64,000 nt of DNA, from assembly GCA_949285835.1 (NCBI GenBank), contig CASEAR010000117.1, positions 302 to 64,301 on the forward strand, given 5' to 3'. The translations under genes and the position numbers were made by a program. Below the pieces are notes generated by a model, which saw nothing but the letters and a program-made list of their open reading frames with translations, ran no database searches and was not told the origin of the DNA. Positions 28,992-40,178 of the stretch are shown here, one piece after another. This stretch comes from an uncultured Verrucomicrobiota bacterium. Lineage in GTDB: Bacteria > Verrucomicrobiota > Kiritimatiellia > RFP12 > UBA3636. The stretch's first letter is position 1. Every line of letters starts with the position of its first letter.

Positions 28992-31900
28992 TAAGAGCTC
29001 CGCAGCAAAAGCCGAGACCGCGCGGCGCGCAATTTTCCAATGATGCGTTCCCGCATTCTGCCGCGCGATTCTCCCGTCCACTCTTCACAGAACACTCCGG
29101 GATCGCTGCCCCTGGAGACGCTCCCTCCCCTGACAAACAGGTATATCGCTCCGCCTGTGCACTCCGGCATCCCCGCAAAACTGCGCAGCCACCGGTCCAG
29201 CGCAAGCAGGTATATTCCGTACTGTATGTCGTAGCCGCACTCTCTCATCTTTTCCCCGACAGACGCGGGATCGTAGCCATCCAGAAGATTCGTTTTCCAG
29301 TCCACGACGTAGTACCTGCCGCCGGAGCGGAACAGCAGGTCAATAAAACCGGTCATGGCGGCGCCGTGCCGCCCCGTCTGCCGGTCTGACTGCCCGTACA
29401 GGACGTCTTCTTCTGAAAACTCGAACTCCAGCTCAGTCAGGCGGTCGCATGGGGGTATATCCGCGAGCCTCACGCCGGCAAACGGGAGTTTAAACGTCAG
29501 CGCTTTCCAGACCATGAGCGCCATCTCGCCGACTGAATCGCAGAACAGAGGATCACCGCCGCAAAGCTCAGGTCTGATGCGGCGGTTCACAAGCCCGCAC
29601 AAGCGCATCTTTTCCGTGATCAAATCAGAAAGGCCTTTGTCCGCGAGCACCGATTCCGCCGAAGCGTGCCTCCCCACGGACTCAAAATCCGGAGCTGAAG
29701 CCGCCTTGCACAACGCTTCCATCACGGAGTGGAACGCCGTACCGCTCGTTGTTCCGGGCGGAAGGCATGTCCTGACGTCCGAGCGGCTCCCCTGTGCCGC
29801 CATGTCCCATTCCCCTTCATCCTCGCCCGATTTGCCGTCGCGGGCATCGTCGCCCGGAGAAACAGCCCCGTCCTCCGCCGCCTTCAGGCTTTCATGCACA
29901 GAACTGAACGAATCGTAGTAAAACCGGTGCTGCCTCAGGGATGGCAGTACAAATATCGCGGGGAAAGCGCGGCTGCCTAACGGAGCGCCGTTAGTTTCGG
30001 AGTGCTCCTCCGAATCCCTTTCCCCATACATATCCGTGCCGCATGCCTCTACCTCTTCAGCAAGGTTGCCAGTCGTACTCTTCAGCAATCTGTCGAAGGC
30101 GGGAACAAGCAGTTCATTCATCAGCCGGTGGTTTGCACCGCCGTCCCTCACGCATAGCACATAGAGCCTGTACTCCGCTCTCGTCATGGCCACATAATAA
30201 AGACATTTGTCATCCGCGGCACGCTGTGACGTCGGCTTCCCCAGATCTTTGCCGGCGAGGAATTCCCTTACAACCCTGCCGCCGCGTTCTGCATATGCAG
30301 AGCCGTCGTCTTTGCCCGAGCCGCATCCGGCGGACAGAAACACCACAGGGAATTCAAGCCCTTTTGAGGCGTGAAGCGTCATCACATTTACGCAATTCCG
30401 GTCCGCTGCGCAGGTTCTGGCCTCTTTATCGCCTGTGCCGCCGATGATAGAGCGCATGGCTTCGATGTAGCAGTCAATATTATCCGCACGCGCTCCGGCT
30501 TTGCTGACAAGCATTTCAAACACCTGCGAATACATCTCCACGGAATCGTCCGGATCCTTTCCGGCCGCAGCATGCCTGTAGGCCAACCCTGTGTCGTAAA
30601 CCGCAGATCGAAACACCGCCGCCCATAACCTGCGTTCTGCGAGCTCCAGCCAACGCCTGCTCAGTTCGGCCAGCAGCCTCTTCTCGTCCTCATAGCGTCC
30701 CGGTATAACAGCGTCCGGCGGCAGCGCAAAAATATCCGACAGGAGCAGCGCATTCGGAGACGAAAAACCGTTCAGCAGCCCCGACAAATACTTCAGCAGC
30801 ACATACACGGCCTCAGCTTCGGCACTCTCCCCTATGTCAGCATATCCCTTGTACGAGAAATGTATGCCGGCGGCACGAAAAGCGTTCTCCACATGTCGCA
30901 CATCCGTGTTATTGCGCACAAGGACGCAAAAGTCCGATTCCGTCAGATGTCTGCCGTCCGGATATTCCTTGTCGTACACCCGACAGTCCTCGCTCATCAG
31001 ACGTCTTATTTCCGAAGCGATAAAACCGGCGAACTCCGAATATGCGACACCATTTGTCACCCCTCCGGACGCGCGGCTACGGCTTCCCGGACGCCCGGCA
31101 TTCCCCCCATCGGAAGCCGCATCGGCATCCTCTCCCGACGGCACGAACACATATACCGGCGGCCCGGAAGCCGCATCTGGCATCCCGGCTTCTTTTATTC
31201 TTTTCGGATTCGGATGCGGCGTCCTCACTCCGGGATATTTGAACTCCATATCGCCCCCGAACCATTCTTCGCCGGAAAACATAACGTTGAAGGCATCGCA
31301 CATAGCGTCTGTGCACCTGTACGTAACGCCCAGCTCAAAACGTTTGAAATCTGTCCCTCTGCTGAGTTCTTCTACCGCCTTAAAGTACGTATTTACGCTG
31401 GCCCCTCTGAAAGAGTAAATCGCCTGCTTGGGATCTCCGACGACAATAAGCCTGTTGCCGAAATTCTCCGCACCTTCATACTCCCGGTCGTGCAGATCCG
31501 TGAATAACCGGGAAAAAATTTCCCACTGAGCCGGATCCGTGTCCTGAAATTCATCCACCAGAGCCGTCCGGTACCGTCTCCTGATAGCGTTCAATATGCG
31601 CACCGCCCCGGGATTCCCGCGAGACGGCAGCAGCGTGTCTCGTACATTTCTCACCATGTCGTTGTGGGAGACAAGACCTGATCCGCGGCGCATAGCGGAA
31701 CTGGACTCGTATATGCTTCTGCAAAACAGATTCAGCCATTCCTGTACTGTCGCCAGACATTGTTTGAAAATCCCGGAGCCTTCACTGAAAATCCCGCATA
31801 TCTCCTCTTTTTCCGCATCGCCCAGCTTACAGCCGGTCTTCTTGAAAACATCCGCATACGTGCCGAAGTCCTTACTCAACAATCTGCAAAAACGAGCGAT

Positions 31901-32758
31901 ACGATTCTGAGAACCACAGCTTCCGCAGACAATGCTGCGAATCCCGTCCAGCACATCGGCATATTCTTTCTTAATCGACTTAAGGACAACACCCGTCCAC
32001 CAGTCTCCGCCGCCCTCTCCTCCGGGAGCGGCTTCGCAAAAACGCTTCAGCCTGCGCCCCAGAGAATCTATCCTAAGATTCATCTCGGACGGTAGTTTGC
32101 TTATTTCAGACGCTTCCACAATGGGAGGTACGGAGGCATCGCTGCACAAAACCAATCTGTCGCCATTGACAAAATCCGCCTCCCCGGATATCTGCACCAG
32201 CTTTTCCAGAACCCCTTCATATTTCCCGGGATCTTTAAACAGCGCCGCGGCGGCGGCGCTGAAGATCACTGCATACAGTTCCGTCCCAGAGAAAATACCG
32301 TCCGCAGAGGCGTCATCCGCCTTGTCTGCCGACGAATATATCAGCCGCTCCAACGCAGCTTTTGTCAGCGCATCAGTATTGTCAAGCTCCGGCGACAGTG
32401 CCTGAGAATTTTCAAAAGCATACTCCCTAAGCACTCTGTGGCAAAAAGAGTGTATCGTGGAAATCGACGACAAATCATAGTTATCGAGAGCATTTTTCAC
32501 GCGAATCCGTTCCGCCGGCGGCAGATCCGGATCCGCCGCCGAGATCACCAGACGGCTCCATATCCATTCCCGGAGCACCGCCGCCGCATTTTCCGTGAAC
32601 GTAACAAGCAGTATGGACTCAATACCGGCATCAGAACCGCAAACAAGCTTCTGGAAAATGTTTTCCAAAGCGAACGTTTTGCCGGTACCGGCGGAGGCCT
32701 CCACGACAACATTGCCGGTGCTTCCGATTTTGTCCCATATGTTCTCTTCCTTCTCCAT
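28991..32758 (-). CDS. recB: exodeoxyribonuclease V beta subunit (RecB; UvrD-type helicase plus PD-(D/E)XK nuclease)
   Basis: VEASAGTGKTFAL Walker A, UvrD-like motifs, C-terminal nuclease motifs GFIDLLFR...YYVVDWKTN. 1255 aa. Confidence 0.85.
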   Translation of the reverse strand: MEKEENIWDKIGSTGNVVVEASAGTGKTFALENIFQKLVCGSDAGIESILLVTFTENAAAVLREWIWSRLVISAADPDLPPAERIRVKNALDNYDLSSISTIHSFCHRVLREYAFENSQALSPELDNTDALTKAALERLIYSSADKADDASADGIFSGTELYAVIFSAAAAALFKDPGKYEGVLEKLVQISGEADFVNGDRLVLCSDASVPPIVEASEISKLPSEMNLRIDSLGRRLKRFCEAAPGGEGGGDWWTGVVLKSIKKEYADVLDGIRSIVCGSCGSQNRIARFCRLLSKDFGTYADVFKKTGCKLGDAEKEEICGIFSEGSGIFKQCLATVQEWLNLFCRSIYESSSAMRRGSGLVSHNDMVRNVRDTLLPSRGNPGAVRILNAIRRRYRTALVDEFQDTDPAQWEIFSRLFTDLHDREYEGAENFGNRLIVVGDPKQAIYSFRGASVNTYFKAVEELSRGTDFKRFELGVTYRCTDAMCDAFNVMFSGEEWFGGDMEFKYPGVRTPHPNPKRIKEAGMPDAASGPPVYVFVPSGEDADAASDGGNAGRPGSRSRASGGVTNGVAYSEFAGFIASEIRRLMSEDCRVYDKEYPDGRHLTESDFCVLVRNNTDVRHVENAFRAAGIHFSYKGYADIGESAEAEAVYVLLKYLSGLLNGFSSPNALLLSDIFALPPDAVIPGRYEDEKRLLAELSRRWLELAERRLWAAVFRSAVYDTGLAYRHAAAGKDPDDSVEMYSQVFEMLVSKAGARADNIDCYIEAMRSIIGGTGDKEARTCAADRNCVNVMTLHASKGLEFPVVFLSAGCGSGKDDGSAYAERGGRVVREFLAGKDLGKPTSQRAADDKCLYYVAMTRAEYRLYVLCVRDGGANHRLMNELLVPAFDRLLKSTTGNLAEEVEACGTDMYGERDSEEHSETNGAPLGSRAFPAIFVLPSLRQHRFYYDSFSSVHESLKAAEDGAVSPGDDARDGKSGEDEGEWDMAAQGSRSDVRTCLPPGTTSGTAFHSVMEALCKAASAPDFESVGRHASAESVLADKGLSDLITEKMRLCGLVNRRIRPELCGGDPLFCDSVGEMALMVWKALTFKLPFAGVRLADIPPCDRLTELEFEFSEEDVLYGQSDRQTGRHGAAMTGFIDLLFRSGGRYYVVDWKTNLLDGYDPASVGEKMRECGYDIQYGIYLLALDRWLRSFAGMPECTGGAIYLFVRGGSVSRGSDPGVFCEEWTGESRGRMRERIIGKLRAARSRLLLRSS

Positions 32759-32777
32759 AAAAACCCACCGGGAAAAA

Positions 32778-35700
32778 CTACAAAGACGAATCGTTACGTC
32801 CCGCCTCGCAGGAACCGCGTATAAGTATGCCGAAGCGCCGGTTCAGGGTTTCCCCGTTGAAACGCGCCTTTACTTCTTCCGGAACATCCCCGCTCTCAGA
32901 AAGACTCTGCCACAATCGGTTCAAGGATGCGTCAACGCACAATTTTTTTTGCGGTCTTTTGTACGAAGTCCCGGCAAGCCTCTTTGCCGCGCACCTCAGG
33001 ATGTCTTCTGCAGTCAGAACGGACAAATCCGCGTTCTTATGGAAGAACCCCTCCGCATCTTCGTACGACAGCGGCAGATACAGCGAGCCGTCGTCAAAAA
33101 AATCTGCGGCGAGATTCTCAAGGTAACCGCGCGCGTCTGCCGCCCCGATTCCGGAAAGAGAATAAAGCGACAGCAGGCCTTTCCTTCCGTCATACCCGCA
33201 GATTTCCATCTCGGCCATACACCCGGAAGCCCTGACGGCCAAAAGCCCCAGCTTCAGCATTATTACATCATCGCTCCGCATTACACCATCGCTCCACGTC
33301 CAGTAAAAGACCCTTATTCTGGACACGCGCCCGTTCTCTTCGCTCACCATTGCATATTGGATCTCCGCATTGAAAACGGCAGGCGGCGCATCGTCTCCCA
33401 GATCCAGCGCACAGTCAAACAGCAAAGGGCGCAGCCCCTCGGACGATCTCCGGAACGGAGCGCCCACAATCAGCTGACGGCATTCCGCCCCCGCCTGAGC
33501 CTCCGCCCGCAGGAACTCCGTCATCCCGGTCACAACCCGAGACTCCTCCTCAACAATAGAAAAGAAATCAAGACTGGACATAAACGTGTCCGGCGCAGCT
33601 GATTCAAGAATCAGGTCCCTGTAAGATTTCTCCATTATATCGTCCGGATCCGGCGACGCCATGGCATCCGGCCGCTCCCCGGCACACAGTCCGAAGGAAT
33701 GAAGCACCCGGCAGTATACCCGCTCAAAAAACCTCTTCTCCCCATTCTTGTCCAGCGAGACCGGCAGCAGCTCCGGTTCACGGCCGTCGCTGATATCGTG
33801 ACGTTCCACACCGAACCGCTCCGACAAAACGGCCCTAACCGGATCCCTCAGAAAACGCGCCATCTTCCCTGCGGTAATCCTCGTGCGCAGAGCGCAGTCC
33901 TGCCGCGCATCACCCGGCCCGGCCGCCGTCTCGACGCATCCGCGTGCGCAACCGCCGGCATTCGCCAGAACAATCTGCGCGATCCGCCCCGCATGCTTGT
34001 CGCCGGACATGCTGCGGAGCATGCGTACCGCCTGCGCCGCATCCTCCCGCAGCGCGCATCCGATCCGGCATTCCGGCGCAAACGTTCTTCCAAGCCCGCC
34101 AAAACACGCATCCCGGAACCCGTCAACGCAAAGCCTGTCATCCTCTTTGAGCGGGATACCCGCTTCCCTGAAAACACCGCCGCGCACCCCGTTCTCACAC
34201 AATATGTGAGCGGAAACAAAATTTTTCACGACACTGACCGCACAGCTCGGAAATTTCACCGAGTTTTTCGCTGTGTCGCGGCACACATAACTCATAACGA
34301 AGCGCTCTCCGGCGGACATTAAGGCTTCCAGAAAAAGAAATCTGTTTATCTGCGCCTTCGACACCTCGCCGATCCTGCGGGAAAGTTCCTTTATCTCAAG
34401 TGTGGAATCAGCGTCCCGCCCCGGGAACAAGTCCTCTCCCATTCCGACCGCATATATGTGCTTGAACGGTACGGAACGCATCGGCAAAAACGGAGCGATG
34501 GTCACGCCGGACGTGAGATACCGTCCGTGGTCTGCCAGACTTTGACCGCAAGCATCCTCCAGATACTGCGACACAAACTGCAATGGAAACTTCCTGTCCT
34601 CCCCCCCGAAACTGCGCATGGAATCCGCAAATTCACCGGCAAGCCTCACAAACGCCTCATAACAGGCGGCGCCTTCCCTGTCGTCCGCAGGGATTCTGAA
34701 ATATTCGTCCGCCATATTCTGCAGGACAGAGGCCCACTCCGACGCGCTCCTCTCCTCCCCGCAGGCATCCGATGCGAAGCGGTACAATTCTTCCACAATG
34801 CCGGACAATTTCACAAGACTGGAGTCCATGGAAACGTCCGTGTATATAAGGGGGGCAACGCTGCCGCCCGAACTTCCCGGCGTTTTTCTGCACACAGTTC
34901 CCATACGGATACGCCGGAATACATAGTCCCACGTGTGTACGCCGAGAGATTCCACATTGCGCCGGAGCAGATCCGCCTTGTCAAAAAAACCGCAAATCCC
35001 GTACCTGTGCGCCGCGCTCTCCCAGTCATTCAGATCTTTTTCCGTCACACCGAAGCTTGCGGCCACATACGGTTCGCGGAGCAGACTGAAAACCTCGTCC
35101 CTCCCAAAATCTCCATCCCCCAGCGACAGCAGTTTGAAGAGTGCCCGCCAGAACCTTCCGGCATCATGTCCCGGATTGCCGGTAATCGAATACGGCACCT
35201 CTCCACGCGAATCAAAAACGTATTCTATGACCGGCCCGTATACGCTCATATCGGAAACAAGCACGGCTATGTCCGAAAAATTGAACTCTTCCGCATTCTT
35301 AATGTCAAGTTCCTTCACCCCTTCCGGCCCTACCTCCTGCGGAACCTCCAATACGCTCTCAAGAATGCTGTTGTACACCGTTTCAATCTCACGGACGATC
35401 CCGGGCGCCGCGGCAACCTGCAGCGAAGAATCCTGCGGCAATCCGGTCAAATCAGACGTACACACCCGGACACTCTCCCGCACGGCGTCAAGCACCGTTC
35501 CGCACTCCCGCACTGTATCAGGCTCACACAGCTCCAGACTCGCCCCGCCCTCCTCCAGATCAACCAGAAGCGACATCGTCTCGCGTCCGGCCCTGCCAAG
35601 GGCCCCCAACAGTTCGTTCTCTATGTAATCGTCGGACTCATCAACCGAATTCGAAGCGCGGAGTCTCCTTATTTTCTCCCACTTCGTCTCAATATCCCCC

Positions 35701-36494
35701 CAGTACTCCACGCACACTGTCCTGCAGAAAAAATAAACGTCCGACACAGACGACAGCTCATGGATAGCCGCCGCATGCAGTTCCGAAAAAGAGGAGTGCC
35801 CGAAAAAGAAATGGCGCGCACCGGCGATTCTGCGCTTCGCACCGGATTCATGCACGCGGTTTAAAAGCTGCCTGAGGGAGATCACTTCTCCATCCTGCGG
35901 GAAAATGCCGTCTTTCCCAAACAAACGCCTGAAAAGCTCCGCCTGCGCCCTAATCATCTCATCAGGGCTCTCCCGGCTCCGCCAATCGCCGGACAGCCAC
36001 CCCTCGACAGCGCTGCGCCTGTGGAACTCGTACTCCCTTAAATAGTTCGCCAGCTTCCCGGACAGCTGCCACACGCGTCTGGAAACATCCGCATCGGAAA
36101 GCATATCCGGAAGTTTTCCCGCCTCGCCGCGAACCGACGCCCTGCCCCCTTCGCTATAATTTCTGAAAACGTCCAGCACATCACCGTATCCGGAAACGAT
36201 CTCCCATGCCGCGGCCCGCTGCAGATCAGCTTCCCCCAGCAAAGCGTGCGGCCGTTCCTCTTCCGGAAGCAAATCCCTGAGGGCGTTCCACAAATACGTC
36301 TCAAAAAAAGGGAACCCCACCCCCATGCATATGCCGGAAGACTGCGCCCATCTGCGCTTCAGCCAGCTCGCGACACTGCCATTGGGCACAACGATGCTCA
36401 CCGGGGAAAACGGATCCATTCCCGGGGACGCTTCCGCAAAAAGCCTGTCTGCAAGAAAACCTGTATCGCTGCCGTAATATATCTTGAGTGACAT
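32778..36494 (-). CDS. recC: exodeoxyribonuclease V gamma subunit (RecC)
   Basis: N-terminal pattern M.LKIYYGS....L...L.........PF....I.V.NGS.A.WLK and the conserved C..YWGDI motif (CVEYWGDIE). ATG at 36494 (MSLKIYYGSD) within track ORF 36539. About 1238 aa. Confidence 0.8.
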   Translation of the reverse strand: MSLKIYYGSDTGFLADRLFAEASPGMDPFSPVSIVVPNGSVASWLKRRWAQSSGICMGVGFPFFETYLWNALRDLLPEEERPHALLGEADLQRAAAWEIVSGYGDVLDVFRNYSEGGRASVRGEAGKLPDMLSDADVSRRVWQLSGKLANYLREYEFHRRSAVEGWLSGDWRSRESPDEMIRAQAELFRRLFGKDGIFPQDGEVISLRQLLNRVHESGAKRRIAGARHFFFGHSSFSELHAAAIHELSSVSDVYFFCRTVCVEYWGDIETKWEKIRRLRASNSVDESDDYIENELLGALGRAGRETMSLLVDLEEGGASLELCEPDTVRECGTVLDAVRESVRVCTSDLTGLPQDSSLQVAAAPGIVREIETVYNSILESVLEVPQEVGPEGVKELDIKNAEEFNFSDIAVLVSDMSVYGPVIEYVFDSRGEVPYSITGNPGHDAGRFWRALFKLLSLGDGDFGRDEVFSLLREPYVAASFGVTEKDLNDWESAAHRYGICGFFDKADLLRRNVESLGVHTWDYVFRRIRMGTVCRKTPGSSGGSVAPLIYTDVSMDSSLVKLSGIVEELYRFASDACGEERSASEWASVLQNMADEYFRIPADDREGAACYEAFVRLAGEFADSMRSFGGEDRKFPLQFVSQYLEDACGQSLADHGRYLTSGVTIAPFLPMRSVPFKHIYAVGMGEDLFPGRDADSTLEIKELSRRIGEVSKAQINRFLFLEALMSAGERFVMSYVCRDTAKNSVKFPSCAVSVVKNFVSAHILCENGVRGGVFREAGIPLKEDDRLCVDGFRDACFGGLGRTFAPECRIGCALREDAAQAVRMLRSMSGDKHAGRIAQIVLANAGGCARGCVETAAGPGDARQDCALRTRITAGKMARFLRDPVRAVLSERFGVERHDISDGREPELLPVSLDKNGEKRFFERVYCRVLHSFGLCAGERPDAMASPDPDDIMEKSYRDLILESAAPDTFMSSLDFFSIVEEESRVVTGMTEFLRAEAQAGAECRQLIVGAPFRRSSEGLRPLLFDCALDLGDDAPPAVFNAEIQYAMVSEENGRVSRIRVFYWTWSDGVMRSDDVIMLKLGLLAVRASGCMAEMEICGYDGRKGLLSLYSLSGIGAADARGYLENLAADFFDDGSLYLPLSYEDAEGFFHKNADLSVLTAEDILRCAAKRLAGTSYKRPQKKLCVDASLNRLWQSLSESGDVPEEVKARFNGETLNRRFGILIRGSCEAGRNDSSL

Positions 36495-36599
36495 CGTATT
36501 CTGCCGGACACGAAAAATGACGGACGGACAAAACCGCACCTCGGCAAGCTTGCGCCGGAGGTTCCGGCTGTTACGCCTGAAACAGCCTCCGCGGCAATA

Positions 36600-37073
36600 T
36601 CAGTTAGCCGGAACCCAGTTCCCGTCCGAGTCCATGAACAACTCGCCTTCTTGGGCACGTTCTTTTATGCGTTCGGCATGTCTTTCCCCCACCTGCTCTG
36701 CGCTCATGGAACGCTTGGAGGCAACCAAAGCGTAAATCCTGCGGCGCGCCGCATTCTCCTCTGCAACAAGCTCTGCGTCACCGGCAGGCACGTCTTTAAC
36801 AACAAACCCTATTGTGCCGTCAGGTTTTTCTCCGACAATCCCCCTGGATTTAAGCTCGCTTATTTTTGCTTCTCGTGCCTTGAAGGCTTCTCTCCTCTCG
36901 TATGCATCCGCCCCGCCGTTTTTCCCAAAAGCCTTATCTAGGTCCTCGTCAACCTTCAAATTGACGTCCATGGTAATGTGTATGGGCTTGATTTCATGGG
37001 TAGTCCTTATGCAGCCCGTTCCGGACAAAACGGCACATGCCGAGGCAAACAACAAAGCCAAATTCTTGTTCAT
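36600..37073 (-). CDS. DUF1318 (YdbL-like) periplasmic lipoprotein
   Basis: MNKNLALLFASACAVLSGTGC lipobox signal. KAREAKISELKSRGIVGEKPDGTIGFV resembles the YdbL family. Confidence 0.55.
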   Translation of the reverse strand: MNKNLALLFASACAVLSGTGCIRTTHEIKPIHITMDVNLKVDEDLDKAFGKNGGADAYERREAFKAREAKISELKSRGIVGEKPDGTIGFVVKDVPAGDAELVAEENAARRRIYALVASKRSMSAEQVGERHAERIKERAQEGELFMDSDGNWVPAN

Positions 37074-38127
37074 AACATTCTTCCAGTCATATGTAGCAAA
37101 CCACAACTCCGCGGATACTGCGAAAACTGCAGCACGCCCGCACCATGCAGTCCTTTTACCATACCCGGATTAATTAATCAACGGTAAACGACAAAGACCC
37201 GGAATACGGCCGGCCCGGCAGATGGATGAACGGCAGGAACGCGTCCGTCAAGCTTCTCAGCTTTTCCCTCCTGTGCACGAAATGGCAGTATCCACCTCCC
37301 TGCCGTCTAAACATACGCGCCGGTTAATATCTGTCGGTCTATCCTAATATCGAAGCAGCCCCGGCAGCTTCACGGAATATCACTGGCGCACCGCTCCTTT
37401 TTTCCTGCACTGCTTTACCGTACGTTGTCTGCACGAGGTCAATGCCGAGTGTTTCAGTATATGACGGTTGTATCTTGTTTTGACGCATATCAGGCTTAGA
37501 ATCCCACGGTCTGTCAGCATCCATATCGCGTCTTACGGAGGGCTTTTCTCGCCGGCAATGAGCTGGCGGAGCAGATTTGCCGGGATGTTGGCAATCTTTA
37601 TGCCCACATTGTCCGCGTTTCCGCCAAGTGTGGAATTTTGCGCCATACGGACTGAATAGTCGCATATATCGCGGTCATGGAAGGAACATGCAGTCGGAAC
37701 AGTACCACGCCTTATATCTCCATCCAGAGAACCTACATGCAGTCCGAGCCGCTGTGCGAGCTTCCTAAAAATCTCCTGTTTGCTTCTGGACTCCCGGAGG
37801 TTCACGTCGTACACTACCTCCATATTCTGCCGTTAATCAAAAGTCCGGCGTCTCAATGCGGCGTCATGCCTGCTATACTCTCCGCTTATAAGATCTCTTT
37901 TTCTTTCTTTTGTTACATGATTACATATGGGGAAGCGGGCCTCCTTTTTCATTTTTCCGGGGTTTCGCCACTGGGAGGGAAAAGAGGAACCGGGGTTGTC
38001 TTTCTTTTTTCGACTGCAGCCGGGTGTTCCGTTGCTTATTGGATTTCCCCAATCCGGCAAAAAGCCAATTTCTTCTTGATTTATGCCCGCCGATGGTGTA
38101 GCTTAGCCGCAGTTCTCGTTTATGTCT

Positions 38128-38204
<77 letters not shown>

Positions 38205-39024
38205 TGTTTTCAGTACGTCGAATCAGATGCGGATCTACGGTTTCTGCTTCCTCAGATTTGCCGCTATACAGCGGCGTTGATGCGTATGTGCCGTGAGGTT
38301 TGGTTGTCCGACTCTCCGCCGCTTGAGGCTTGACCTGCACGGCTGTTAAACGCTCCATGTCAGTTTTATGCGAAATTCGAGGCTGCATTGCCGTTTCCCA
38401 TGCATGAGTTGCAGAATGCACGGCAAAATTATAATTTTTTTGATCTTTCACATTACTGTTCCCTGCTCATTTTCGAAATCATCATTCTCATGTATACCAA
38501 CTGCATCGTTTGCGTGCCTCTTGAAGAAGAATACACGAAGCGGTCGTTCGACAAACTCAAAAGGACGCGCCTGCTGCGGCCTACATCAGGATCGAAAATC
38601 AGATCTTTCTGCCGGTTGAACAGCAGAAAAAAACAACAAGCGCTTATCATTTCGGCATGCTGCTGATGACGTTTTACCCGCTTTTGCTTTCCCTTCTCTG
38701 ACACGCAAAATACTGATATCTTCCGGAAAACTGTACTTCTCTCTAATGCCTGTTTCGCAATTTATTCCGGGTTCCCGTCTCCAGAAACAAGAGTGGGCTG
38801 GTTCCATTCTTGTTTTTCGCCGACGAGTGTTCCATCACGTATTAGACATCCCGTCATATCTTTAAAACCTTGTTTTAGTTTTTTTTTTGTGCGAGAATCG
38901 CAACGAATTTGTTTGATTACCGTAAATTGACATACGGTGTGCCGCAGACGGCGTTATCTTATCTTATCTTTTTGCAGGAACGAACATTGGCAGACATACA
39001 AAAGGATGCCGGGAGAACTGGAAC

Positions 39025-39717
39025 ATGAGAAAAGAATTGTTGCATAACGGCCACTTTGCCAATGCTGTAGTATGGAAAGAGGAACTCCCGGACGGCAGAT
39101 GCGCCGTGAGAAAAGACTTCTCTCAGCGTTCCTGGATAGTGAAAAACACGATTGGAAGATTTCTTGTCCGCAGAGAAGTCGCATTTATGCAGGCCGTGGA
39201 ATCCACAGAAATCTGTCCCGGCGGCATAACAAGATCCAGTCCATTTTCTCTTACCGAGGACTTTTGTCAGGGAGTAACATTTCGACAGATCGTCAGAGCC
39301 CTGTACGAGGGCGAAAACGCAGTAGACGTTCCTGATTTTCTCAGGCCGCTCCTCTCTCGCCCAGATGTCTCGTTTTTCAGAACTCTTGAAGAAAAGATTC
39401 TGACCATACACAAAATGGGAATAGTACACCTCGACCTACATAACGCCAGAAACATGATGCGACTTCAGGGTGATAAAGCCGTTATCTTGGACTGGCAGTC
39501 CGCAATGCGTACAAACGGCGCGTTTTTGCCGTTCAGACGCTTGATGGAACGGATAGATTTGTCCGGACTTTACAAGCACTGGGAAAAAATCTGTCCGGAT
39601 ACAATGGGACATGAGAGACACAAAGTACTTGAATGGTTTAAAAAAACCAGAAAGTTCTGGGTTCTGCGCGGCATTGCTATAAATTCCCGTATGCCTGAAA
39701 ACACAGAGACTGAATGA
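39025..39717 (+). CDS. Kdo/WaaP/RIO-like lipopolysaccharide-kinase-family protein (protein-kinase-like fold)
   Basis: 230 aa. Catalytic-loop-like IVHLDLHNARNMM and DFSQRSW... N-lobe. GGGAGAA SD before the ATG. GC lower than flanking genes. Confidence 0.5.
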   Translation: MRKELLHNGHFANAVVWKEELPDGRCAVRKDFSQRSWIVKNTIGRFLVRREVAFMQAVESTEICPGGITRSSPFSLTEDFCQGVTFRQIVRALYEGENAVDVPDFLRPLLSRPDVSFFRTLEEKILTIHKMGIVHLDLHNARNMMRLQGDKAVILDWQSAMRTNGAFLPFRRLMERIDLSGLYKHWEKICPDTMGHERHKVLEWFKKTRKFWVLRGIAINSRMPENTETE

Positions 39718-39818
39718 CTTCGGAAGAGACCCGATCCAAATCAGACAGAAAAGTTCAAACGCCGTCCGCGCACCATTCGCGTGAACTTTCCCCCGCAGAA
39801 AATATCATGACGCATGCT

Positions 39819-39857
39819 AAAAAAAAGCCTGCCGCGGCAATGCGACAGGCTTTTTCT
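39819..39857. terminator. bidirectional rho-independent terminator between convergent genes
   Basis: A8 tract, stem AAGCCTG/CAGGCTT (7 bp) with a 14-nt loop, then T5. Sits between the 3' ends of the plus gene ending at 39717 and the minus gene ending at 39879. Confidence 0.55.
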
Positions 39858-39878
39858 GATCGAGCACTGAAAAACGAA

Positions 39879-40178
39879 CTACCACCGGGAGACACCGCGG
39901 CGGTTATATCCGCCTTCGTCACGACGATCCTGACGGGGTTTCGGCTGAGATTCGTTTACACGAAGTGCACGACCGTCAACTTCACGGCCGTTTATCGCTT
40001 CAATCGCGGCATTGGCCTCCGCCTGATCCGGCATTTCCACAAACCCGAAACCTTTCGACCGACCGCTGGCACGATCCGTGCAGACTCGGGCTGAAGTTAC
40101 GTTTCCATATTCGGAGAAGAGGGCTTTCAATTGCTCTTCTGTCGTCGCGTAGGCGAGATTACCGACATAGATGTCCAT
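39879..40178 (-). CDS. RNA-binding protein with RRM domain
   Basis: MDIYVGNLAYATTEEQLKALFSEYGNV (RNP2), KGFGFVEM (RNP1), Arg/Gly-rich tail. ATG at 40178 within track ORF 40241. Confidence 0.85.
   Translation of the reverse strand: MDIYVGNLAYATTEEQLKALFSEYGNVTSARVCTDRASGRSKGFGFVEMPDQAEANAAIEAINGREVDGRALRVNESQPKPRQDRRDEGGYNRRGVSRW

Noticed and set aside
37339-37823. Two overlapping minus-strand ORFs (96 and 108 aa) with faint barstar-like segments (VYDVNLRESRSKQEIFRKLAQRLGL, ..PVIFREAAGA)
   Set aside because: Similarity is weak and split across frames. The combined length would be far longer than barstar, and there is no adjacent RNase toxin. It is more likely non-coding promoter or leader DNA for the region upstream of tRNA-Arg.
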